Shown here: positions 56,844-64,000 of the stretch, piece by piece
How the letters are laid out: each line of letters begins with the position of its first letter
Position numbering within the stretch: position 1 is the stretch's first letter
IMG/VR virus record: IMGVR_UViG_3300046689_000650
Direction: 5' to 3' (one strand)
From: an uncultured virus (IMG/VR IMGVR_UViG_3300046689_000650)
Taxonomy: Duplodnaviria; Heunggongvirae; Uroviricota; Caudoviricetes
Length of the DNA stretch: 64,000 bases
The notes under the pieces: model-generated
Seen by the model: only the letters and a program-made list of their open reading frames with translations
The model's database searches: none
What the model was told of the DNA's origin: nothing
Translations under genes and position numbers: made by a program

Positions 56844-58222
56844 GACTGCGCCATGTCGACAAAGCGGCTGTAGTGGCCCTGGAACGCAGTGGTGATCGTC
56901 GCGGTTGGGCCGCCGCGATGCTTGCCGACGATCAAGTCGGCTTCGCCGGCCCGAGGGTGCTCCCGCTCGTAGGCGTCTTCGCGGTGCAGCAGGATGACGA
57001 TGTCGGCGTCCTGCTCGATGGCGCCGGACTCCCGGAGGTCGGAGACCATCGGCCGCTTCTCGGTGCGCTGTTCGGGGCCGCGGTTGAGCTGGCAGAGGAC
57101 GATGACGGCGATCCCGAAGTCCTTGGCGATCAGCTTCAGATTGCGGGAGATCTCGGCGACGGCCTGCTGCCGGTTCTCGGCGCGAGGCGCCTGCATCAGT
57201 TGCAGGTAGTCGACGATGACGAGCCGGAGCCCCTTGGTGCGGACCAGGTTGCGGATGCGGGCCCGCAGCGTCGGCAGAGACAACAGGGCGCCGTCGTTGA
57301 TCCACAGGGGGGCGGCGGCGATATCTGGGGCCCGGCGTGCGGCGCGGAGCATGTCCTCGTCGGTGGCCATGCCCTGCTTCAGGTGGTGAAGGGCGATGCG
57401 GGCTTCAGCGGAGAGGGTTCGGTCGGAGAGTTCGTCTTTGCCCATCTCCAGCGACTCGAACAGGGTGGGGATGGCGTTGCGGATGGCGGCGGCGCGGGCG
57501 AAGTCGAGGGCGACGGTGGACTTGCCCATGGCGGGCCGTGCGCCGATGACGACGAGTTGGCCGGGTGCCCAGCCGCCGGCGAGGAGGCTGTCGAGGTCGA
57601 TGAAGCCGGTGGGGATGCGGTCTTCGATGCTGGGTGGGGTGGTGGCCCGGTCGATGCTGCCGCCGAGCAGTTCCCCGATGAGCGCCAGGTTCTCCTCGTC
57701 GACCGGCCGGACGGCGCCGTCGAGGTCGGCCTGGATGGAGGCGACGTCGGCGTCTTCGTCGAAGGCCGGCGAGCTGCCTTTGAGGATTGCGTCGTAGCCG
57801 AGGGCGACAATGCGGGCGGCGACGGCCTTCTTGGCGACGCGGGTCGCGTACCAACTGGCGTTGCCGTAGTGCGCTTCGTTGCACAGTTCCATGAGCTGGT
57901 CGGCGGGAGGCACGCGGGTGGGCATGCTGCCGTCGGCGTGCCAGGTCTCGAGCTGCCGGTGGACGGCGAGGTGCTTGAGTTCGCCGTCCCGGAAGGCGGT
58001 TCGGAGTTCTTCGACGGCCCACCAGGTCCAGCGGAGCCAGTCGGTGGTGATGTCGGCGGGGTCGAAGCCTTCGGCGCCGAGGTCGTCGATGACGGCGGGC
58101 TGCATGATCGCGGTGGCGACGAGGATGCGTTCGGCTTCGAGGTCGCAGGGCCGGGAGGGCGGACGCGGGCCGGCATCGGCCACGGCCTCTTCGGCGATCC
58201 ACAGGTCGGCTTCGGTGGTCAC
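56840..58222 (-). CDS. dnaB: Replicative DNA helicase
   Basis: PTGF.DLD, GARPAMGKS, SLEM, IVDYLQL, QLNR, DLRESGAIEQDAD, KHRGGP. Confidence 0.96.
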   Translation of the reverse strand: MTTEADLWIAEEAVADAGPRPPSRPCDLEAERILVATAIMQPAVIDDLGAEGFDPADITTDWLRWTWWAVEELRTAFRDGELKHLAVHRQLETWHADGSMPTRVPPADQLMELCNEAHYGNASWYATRVAKKAVAARIVALGYDAILKGSSPAFDEDADVASIQADLDGAVRPVDEENLALIGELLGGSIDRATTPPSIEDRIPTGFIDLDSLLAGGWAPGQLVVIGARPAMGKSTVALDFARAAAIRNAIPTLFESLEMGKDELSDRTLSAEARIALHHLKQGMATDEDMLRAARRAPDIAAAPLWINDGALLSLPTLRARIRNLVRTKGLRLVIVDYLQLMQAPRAENRQQAVAEISRNLKLIAKDFGIAVIVLCQLNRGPEQRTEKRPMVSDLRESGAIEQDADIVILLHREDAYEREHPRAGEADLIVGKHRGGPTATITTAFQGHYSRFVDMAQS

Positions 58223-59043
58223 GCGCTGAACTCCTGGTTGAAGAGGTCGAATCGGTCGCCGAGCCTGGTGTTGGCCCAGATCACTTCCGTGCGGTCCTTG
58301 GTCGTCTTGGCGTTGCCGGTCATGGACGCCTTCTCGTAGCGGTGCCAGCCGGCGTACAGGTCGCCGTACAGCGGCGAGTGGTAGCCGGAAAGGACGACGG
58401 TGGCGCGGCAGTCGGCGAGCGCGGCCGCGAGCGCCCGGTGCTCGGCTTCGGTCTTCATCTCGACGCGGTAGTTGTTGCCCCACCCGCGGGTCGTGCCGAG
58501 GTACGGCGGGTCGACGTACAGCAGGCACTTGGGCTGCTTGCCGTACTTGGCGATCAGGTCAAGGGCAGGCATGTTCTCGAGCGACACGGCGTGAAGGCGT
58601 TCTGCCGCGGAGGCGAGGCGCAGCGCATAAGCCTCGAGGTAGCCCGGCATCGACGTGACCGACCCAGCAGGGTCGATGTAGTAGCGCCAGCCCGTGTTGC
58701 GCAGCGTGCCGGAGCGGCCCTGCGCGAGCCGGGACCAAATCCGGCGGGCCAGCTCAAGCTCGTCCGTCGTCGGGTCCCACGTCGCAGCGAGCTCGGCGCG
58801 GCCGTGCGGGGTGAGCATGCAGATGCGCAGCAACTCATCCGGCCGCTCGCGCAGCACTCGCCAGAACGTCATCAACTCGCCATCGAGGTCGTTGACGGTC
58901 TCCATCCGCGAGGGCCGTTTCGCGAGGAGCACCGACATACCGCCGGCGTAGGGCTCGACATAGTGGTCGTGGTCGGGCAGGAGGTCGACAATCCAGCCAG
59001 CAATGCTCTGCTTGGAGCCGAAGTAGGGAACGGGGCTCTTCAT
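58219..59043 (-). CDS. DNA adenine methyltransferase (D12 class), orphan
   Basis: PYFGSK, YVEPYAGG, NDLD, DPPY. Confidence 0.92.
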   Translation of the reverse strand: MKSPVPYFGSKQSIAGWIVDLLPDHDHYVEPYAGGMSVLLAKRPSRMETVNDLDGELMTFWRVLRERPDELLRICMLTPHGRAELAATWDPTTDELELARRIWSRLAQGRSGTLRNTGWRYYIDPAGSVTSMPGYLEAYALRLASAAERLHAVSLENMPALDLIAKYGKQPKCLLYVDPPYLGTTRGWGNNYRVEMKTEAEHRALAAALADCRATVVLSGYHSPLYGDLYAGWHRYEKASMTGNAKTTKDRTEVIWANTRLGDRFDLFNQEFSA

Positions 59044-59753
59044 GCGGCTTCACCCCGACGGCGGTCCGGGCCCTTGAACACGACGCGCTGGCACATTTCG
59101 ATGAGCCGGCTGGTGACGCGGTCGCCGAGGCGGTCGCTGATCTCCTTCGGCACCAGGTTGGAGGTGATCAGCGTCGGCAGGTGGTTCTCGTAGCGCCAGT
59201 TGATGAGCCGGAAGTTGATCTCTTCGGTGAACTCGGTGGGCTTCCGCTCGGCGCCGAGGTCGTCGACGAGGAGCACCGAGGCGTTGCGGTAGTGGCGGAA
59301 CTCGGCTTCGGAGTCGATGCCGTGGCGGGGTCGGAGCGCGGCGTACATGTCGGCCGCGGTGGTGACGACCCACGTGGCGGCGACGCCGGTGATCGCTAGT
59401 TCGCGGATCGCGCCGTAGGCCTGGTGGGTCTTGCCGGTGCCGGTGGGGCCAAGCAGCAGCAGGGAGCGTCCGCGGGTGATGGAGCCGACGGGTGCGCCGC
59501 GCTCGGCCTGAGTCTCGCGCGCCTCGGCGATGAGCTCCTGGAGCCAGGTCTGAATCTCGGGGCTGTCGGCGATGGCGGCCCGGTAGTGGAACGGAATGAT
59601 CTTGGCGGCGGCGACGATGGAGTAGCGGGCGACGTTGGCGACGCTGTACGGGTCGGCGTCACCGGAGTTGAGCCAGTCGAGGTCGACGCCGCGGACGGCG
59701 AGCAGCTGCTCGAGGTGGTAGCGCTTCGGGTTGATCGGCGGGATCCACTGCAT
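59040..59753 (-). CDS. DnaC/IstB-like helicase loader ATPase
   Basis: GPTGTGKT, LLVDDLGAE, ITSN, GDRVTSRL, GPDRR. Confidence 0.9.
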   Translation of the reverse strand: MQWIPPINPKRYHLEQLLAVRGVDLDWLNSGDADPYSVANVARYSIVAAAKIIPFHYRAAIADSPEIQTWLQELIAEARETQAERGAPVGSITRGRSLLLLGPTGTGKTHQAYGAIRELAITGVAATWVVTTAADMYAALRPRHGIDSEAEFRHYRNASVLLVDDLGAERKPTEFTEEINFRLINWRYENHLPTLITSNLVPKEISDRLGDRVTSRLIEMCQRVVFKGPDRRRGEAA

Positions 59754-59755
59754 GG

Positions 59756-60655
59756 TCAGTTCCAGTCCTCGAGGTAGGCGGCGTCGTCTGCGGGATTGCG
59801 GTGAGGGCCGTCGGGCGCGGCCACGGAGTCGAGCGGGTCGTCGTAGCTGCCGTTGTTCAGCCAGGTCGCGGAGTACGGCGTGTAGCGGTCGGCCTTGCCG
59901 TCGAGGTGCTGGGCGTAGGCCTTGGCCGCTTTGACGATCAGGTCCGGGTCGGCGCCGCGATCGAGAGCTGCCATCCAGGCCGTCCTGGACTTCTCTCGCT
60001 GCATGGGCCTCGGGTAGAGGAGCCAGAAGTCGCCGAACGCCTTCAGGGCGTAGTCGCGTTCTTCGTCTCCGGCCGCCGATCGAGCCGAGTTGCGGGCGCC
60101 GTAAGAGTCTTTTGGTTCAGCTCTTGGTTCAGTCTTTTGGTTTGGGTGACGTGGGCGTCGCCCCTCCTGCGACGTGGGCGTCACCCCATCCGAGACGTCG
60201 GCGTCACCGGTGACGTCCACGTCACCCCTGACGTCCACGTCACCCGTCAAACCGGACGACGCATCGTCTGAGCTGGACTTCTTCTTTCCGCCCCTTCGAC
60301 GGGATGACGCCAGCGCCACCCGTGACGTCCGCGTCACCTCATGCGAGCCGGCGCGGCCTCCCGGAACGACCCACTCGAGGGCCAGGTCGTAGACCTCCGG
60401 GCGCTTCCCTTCGGGGAGGTGGGCTGCCTTCGACTGGTCGCCGAGGCGGATGAAGCCGAGCTCTCGGAGCTGCTTGAGGTCACGCTGAACGGAGCGCTCG
60501 GCCTTGCAGGCGTAGGCGGCCAGCCGGGCGACCGACGGGTATGTCCCGCGGCCCTTCTTGTCGGCGTGGCGAGCCAACCCGGCGAGGGTGGCGACGAGCT
60601 GCGCGGGCATCGGCGGCGCGTCTTCGAGTGCCCAGTCCATGGCCTCAACGCTCAC
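59756..60655 (-). CDS. Replication initiator (N-terminal HTH)
   Basis: MSVEAMDWAL..YPSVARLA..VQRDLKQL; FW.LYP; ATWLN..YDD. Confidence 0.85.
   Translation of the reverse strand: MSVEAMDWALEDAPPMPAQLVATLAGLARHADKKGRGTYPSVARLAAYACKAERSVQRDLKQLRELGFIRLGDQSKAAHLPEGKRPEVYDLALEWVVPGGRAGSHEVTRTSRVALASSRRRGGKKKSSSDDASSGLTGDVDVRGDVDVTGDADVSDGVTPTSQEGRRPRHPNQKTEPRAEPKDSYGARNSARSAAGDEERDYALKAFGDFWLLYPRPMQREKSRTAWMAALDRGADPDLIVKAAKAYAQHLDGKADRYTPYSATWLNNGSYDDPLDSVAAPDGPHRNPADDAAYLEDWN
60105..60336. repeat. Putative replication origin: iterons plus T-rich repeats inside the initiator gene
   Basis: Seven TGACG-N4-CGTCA-like units (60147, 60170, 60193, 60211, 60229, 60305, 60323) beside three TTGGTT repeats. 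Confidence 0.75.
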
Positions 60656-60813
60656 TTCGGTCTCTTCTCAAGGAGGGGTGTCTCTCTGGGTGTTCAGCTG
60701 TTTTGGGACAGCCCTCATGGGGGCGACGTGGCCTGTGGTGCTAGGGCTTCGCTCGCATCTGAATTGTACAACCCGACGGACATTACAAGCGAGCTCTTGT
60801 GTATCCTGGTCGC

Positions 60814-61113
60814 ATGAGTGAGTCCGCGATCCGACAGTTGGGCGTGTCCGAGGCCCGCGCGAACATGACCGAGGTCATTGCCGAGGTACGTCTGCTCAAC
60901 AAGCCCGTCGCGCTCACTCGCCGCGATAAACCGCAGGCCATGGTCATCTCCATGGACCGCTGGAAGGCTGCCGTCCTTGACGCCGAGGTCCGCCCCATCC
61001 ACGAGGACGTGATCCGCCGGCTCAAGCAGCTGCTTGAGGACCCGGAGTTCTCCGAGATGCTCGAGCGGAAAGACCACGACCTTCACTACGTGCTCGAGAC
61101 CAACAGCCTCTGA
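60814..61113 (+). CDS. Phd/YefM antitoxin-like protein, leaderless
   Basis: GVSEARANMTEVI..LTRRDKPQAMVIS; TATCCT 6 nt before ATG; terminator right after. Confidence 0.8.
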   Translation: MSESAIRQLGVSEARANMTEVIAEVRLLNKPVALTRRDKPQAMVISMDRWKAAVLDAEVRPIHEDVIRRLKQLLEDPEFSEMLERKDHDLHYVLETNSL

Positions 61114-61177
61114 CGTCACGTCCCCTCCTCTGCGGTCTCCCAGCCCCGCCTTCCGGCGGGGCTTCGTCGTGTGCGGG

Positions 61178-62137
61178 CTAGGCGGCTGCTGCGAGTTGGC
61201 GGTGCGGCCGGAGGATTCCGGCGGCTTCGAGGACGGCCGCGGCGAGCGGTACCGGGACTGCGTTGCCGACGGCGAGGTACTGCTGGCCGGCGCGCCCGTG
61301 GAATACGAGTCCGGGCCGGAAGCCCTGGAGCGCGGCGCATTCGGCGATGGTGGGCCGCAGGTGCGGGAGTTCCCGGTCGCGCCAGGCCGCGGTGCCGATG
61401 TGCCGCTTCATCGCCTGCCGTGTCCCGTTGCCGAACGGCTCGGCTCCCCCGGTGTAGGTGCCGCCGGAGGTGACGGTGGGTGCGGGGCGTTGGGTGTAGC
61501 CCCAGCCGATGACGTCGGCCATGGCGGTCTGGGCCGGCTGGCCGAGCCCGCCGTGGGTGGGTGCGGGGAGCTGGATGTCGGCGATGCGGGAGGCGATGAG
61601 GACGGCCCGCTTGCGGGTCTGGCCGAGCCCGTAGTCCGCGGCGTCGAGGACGCCGGTGGCGACGCTGTAGCCCCAGCGTTGGAGGATGCCGGCGTACTGC
61701 TCCCAGACGGGCAGGACGCTGGGTACCTGTTCCATGGCGATGCGCTGCGGCTGCAGGTCGTAGTGCCAGCGCATCGGTTCGGCGGTGAGGATGCTGCGCC
61801 AGTCCAGGCAGTTGGCGCCGATCGCGGCCCGGGTGTCTTTGCCGCGGGAGAGGTCTTCGATCGCCTGGTGGACGAGCGGGAGATCCTGCAGGCCCAGCTT
61901 CTTGCCGCTCTTCCCGAAGCCGGGGCACGGCGGGCTGTCGATCTTGTCGACGTCGTAGCCCTTGAACGGGGCGGTCGGGTAGCGGGTGACGTCGCAGCGG
62001 ATCGTCGTGTGCCCGGCACCGATGCGGGTGCGGCAGGCCGCGGCGTCCAGCTCCAGGCCCACCTCGTCGTGCAGGCCGGTCTCGGACCAGCCGATGCCGG
62101 CGAAGCCGTGAACGGTCAGGTGCTGTCGGCGGATCAT
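61178..62137 (-). CDS. DNA cytosine-5 methyltransferase, orphan
   Basis: FAG, SPPCPGF, EQV, AADYGLGQTRKR, LQGF, GNAVP. Confidence 0.9.
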   Translation of the reverse strand: MIRRQHLTVHGFAGIGWSETGLHDEVGLELDAAACRTRIGAGHTTIRCDVTRYPTAPFKGYDVDKIDSPPCPGFGKSGKKLGLQDLPLVHQAIEDLSRGKDTRAAIGANCLDWRSILTAEPMRWHYDLQPQRIAMEQVPSVLPVWEQYAGILQRWGYSVATGVLDAADYGLGQTRKRAVLIASRIADIQLPAPTHGGLGQPAQTAMADVIGWGYTQRPAPTVTSGGTYTGGAEPFGNGTRQAMKRHIGTAAWRDRELPHLRPTIAECAALQGFRPGLVFHGRAGQQYLAVGNAVPVPLAAAVLEAAGILRPHRQLAAAA

Positions 62138-62985
62138 GCGGCCACCGCCACGTCGTACTCGGGGTGGTCGCGGAAGGCGTGGTCGATGTAGCTCTTGTCG
62201 ACGCCGAGGCGTTCGGCGGCGGCGGCCCGGTCGAGCCCGGCGGTGGTCATGACCCAGTGCGCGTCTTGCGCGATGAGCTCACGGCGGGTGACGCGGTACA
62301 TCGGTTCGAAGTGGGGGTCGTCGATGGCGCCGGGGTGCTGGTCCCAGTACTTCGGCGGGGCCCACTTGTGCTGCTTGGCGTTGCGCAGGGCGCGCCCGAC
62401 GCCGATGTCGCTGACGCCATAACGGCGGGGCTTGCTCCTGCGGAGTCGTTCGTAGGCTTCGATGGTGGCCTGGGCGGTGGCGCCGTAGACCTGCTGGGTG
62501 CGGGTGAGGACGCGCCGCACGTGGTCGGGCTGGATGCCGATGTGCGGGCCGAGTTCCTTCAGCGGCCATCCGATCGCGGACAGTGCCTGGATGCGGCGGC
62601 GGGTGCCGGTGGGGTCAACCCGGCCGGGCAGGACCGGCTCGACGGGGATGGCGAGGATCTTGGCCTGCACCTCGACCGTGGTCTGCCGGATCATTCCGCG
62701 GCCCTGCTTCACGGCTGGCTGCGTGTACAGGCGGACGGTGTTCCAGTCGATGCCGGTGCGATCCGATACCCGTTGAATGGTGAAGCCTGCGGCGTACAGC
62801 TTGAGCAGGTGCTCGCGAACTGGGGTGGCGTCGATGAACGGCTGCCACGTTCCGGCTGCGACGGCACGGGCGCGGTTGCGCTGCCAGGTGTTGAACCGCT
62901 CGACGCACTCGGGGAGCCGGCACTGGTAGTCGGTGTAGCAAGTCAGGTTGCGGTGGTGGGGGGCTTCGCGGACGGCGGTGGTCAC
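62134..62985 (-). CDS. Multi-HTH hypothetical protein
   Basis: C..PEC, DATPVREHL, GTRRRIQAL..IGW, AAERLGV. Confidence 0.65.
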   Translation of the reverse strand: MTTAVREAPHHRNLTCYTDYQCRLPECVERFNTWQRNRARAVAAGTWQPFIDATPVREHLLKLYAAGFTIQRVSDRTGIDWNTVRLYTQPAVKQGRGMIRQTTVEVQAKILAIPVEPVLPGRVDPTGTRRRIQALSAIGWPLKELGPHIGIQPDHVRRVLTRTQQVYGATAQATIEAYERLRRSKPRRYGVSDIGVGRALRNAKQHKWAPPKYWDQHPGAIDDPHFEPMYRVTRRELIAQDAHWVMTTAGLDRAAAAERLGVDKSYIDHAFRDHPEYDVAVAA

Positions 62986-63215
62986 GGTGTCTCCCTTCGC
63001 GGGCTGGGCGTGTTCCAGATGGCGTTGCAGGTGTCGAGGTCGGCCTGACGGCGCTGCAGGCGTTCGGCTTCGGCCTGCCGTTCCCGCCGCCGTTCGATGC
63101 GCCGGCTGGCGGCGTTGAGTGCGAGCCAGACGGCGATGGCGACGGCGGGTGTGAGTACGGCGGTGACTGGGTGGGCGGCGATGAGGTTGATGACCCAGTC
63201 GGCGATGGGGCTCAC
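62982..63215 (-). CDS. Small TM protein
   Basis: Coupled; hydrophobic stretch. Confidence 0.5.
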   Translation of the reverse strand: MSPIADWVINLIAAHPVTAVLTPAVAIAVWLALNAASRRIERRRERQAEAERLQRRQADLDTCNAIWNTPSPRRETP

Positions 63216-63340
63216 GTCCGCCTCCCGCGCGCCCAGTCGGCGACGAGGGTCCCGGCCGCGACGAGTCCGCCGGCGACGGCTCCTGCGGCGATGAGGGCGA
63301 GGTACAGGCGGCCGAGGCTGCGGTCCTCCAGGCGGGCCAT
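63212..63340 (-). CDS. 42-aa TM peptide
   Basis: TGATG coupling. Confidence 0.45.
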   Translation of the reverse strand: MARLEDRSLGRLYLALIAAGAVAGGLVAAGTLVADWARGRRT

Positions 63341-63717
63341 CACGCGGCGCTCCGCTGCTGCTGGGTGCGGGCGGCTCGGCGCTGGGCGGCGATCTGCCGG
63401 CCCTTCGCGGTGAGCGTCCAAACCGCGATGGGATGCCCGTGCGTGGCGGCACTGGTGGAGGGCACGTATTGGCCGGTGTGGGCGATGATCCCCGCCGACC
63501 GCAGGCTGTTGATGGCGGCGCCGAGGAAGCCGTTGCCCAGCTCGGGCAGGACTTTCCGGATCTGATTGCAGCTGAAGGTCGGGTAGCGCTCGCCGAAGTG
63601 CAGGACGGCCTGCTCGACGAGGAACCGGTCCCATTCGGAATGCTTGGCGATGTCGTCGAGGAGGGCGTCCTTCTCCGTGGACGCGAGCCGCTCGGCAACA
63701 GACAGACGACGGGTCAT
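63340..63717 (-). CDS. Winged-helix-like hypothetical protein
   Basis: FSCNQIR..LGAAI..YVPST..THG..VW. Confidence 0.6.
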   Translation of the reverse strand: MTRRLSVAERLASTEKDALLDDIAKHSEWDRFLVEQAVLHFGERYPTFSCNQIRKVLPELGNGFLGAAINSLRSAGIIAHTGQYVPSTSAATHGHPIAVWTLTAKGRQIAAQRRAARTQQQRSAA

Positions 63718-63777
63718 GTGATGTCCTTGGGTCGAGGGGCCGGCCCGATTCCCGCGGGCCGGCCTCCGGTGTGCGGG

Positions 63778-64000
63778 CTACTTGCTGTCGACGAGCTCGG
63801 CGGGGTACACCCCGTCCTCGTCGGGTCCGGAGTTCTCCGACTTCTTGCGCTCGGAGATCTCCTTGAGGTCGGCGATCAACTGGTCGTTGAGGTGGCCGGC
63901 CGCGTTGGCCTGGCGGTATACGTCGCCGACGTCGTCAGGGGTGAGGGCGCCTTCGGCGAGGGCCAGGTAGTCCGGGCGGGGCGCCTCGATCGCGGCGACC
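63778..64000 (-). CDS. C-terminus of a gene running off the window
   Basis: Open frame ending ...VYPAELVDSK*, followed by a hairpin. Confidence 0.55.
   Translation of the reverse strand, partial: VAAIEAPRPDYLALAEGALTPDDVGDVYRQANAAGHLNDQLIADLKEISERKKSENSGPDEDGVYPAELVDSK

Larger units (their letters stand above)
1..64000. mobile_element. Temperate actinophage (siphovirus-type) genome, partial at both window edges
   Basis: Integrase, lysis, terminase/portal/capsid/tail/tape-measure and replication genes in phage-like order; no host housekeeping genes seen. Confidence 0.95.

Overview
The window is most of a temperate siphovirus genome with very high GC. The host is probably Streptomyces, judged from the gene families and codon usage. 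Left to right it holds: the 3' part of a tyrosine integrase followed by what looks like an intact attP; an accessory region (XRE, GntR, DUF6233-like, Ku, and a Cre-like recombinase with a loxP-like 13-8-13 site); a lysis cassette; a glycosylation operon on the opposite strand (2 NAD-dependent epimerases, 3 glycosyltransferases); a complete minus-strand head and tail module; a Streptomyces plasmid/AICE-type conjugation module (TraB-like FtsK, Spd-like membrane proteins, clt-like repeats, HTH-NUDIX plus NUDIX); and a replication module (initiator with internal iterons, DnaC-like loader, adenine methylase, DnaB, C5 methylase). The most notable points are a virion-forming phage carrying a TraB transfer module, a possibly new Cre/lox-like pair, the glycosylation cassette, a structured-RNA transcript encoding a 7-aa peptide, three covarying RNA elements between small genes, and a HIT gene invaded in frame by an HNH-like domain. 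All calls come from motif recognition by eye; no database searches were run.
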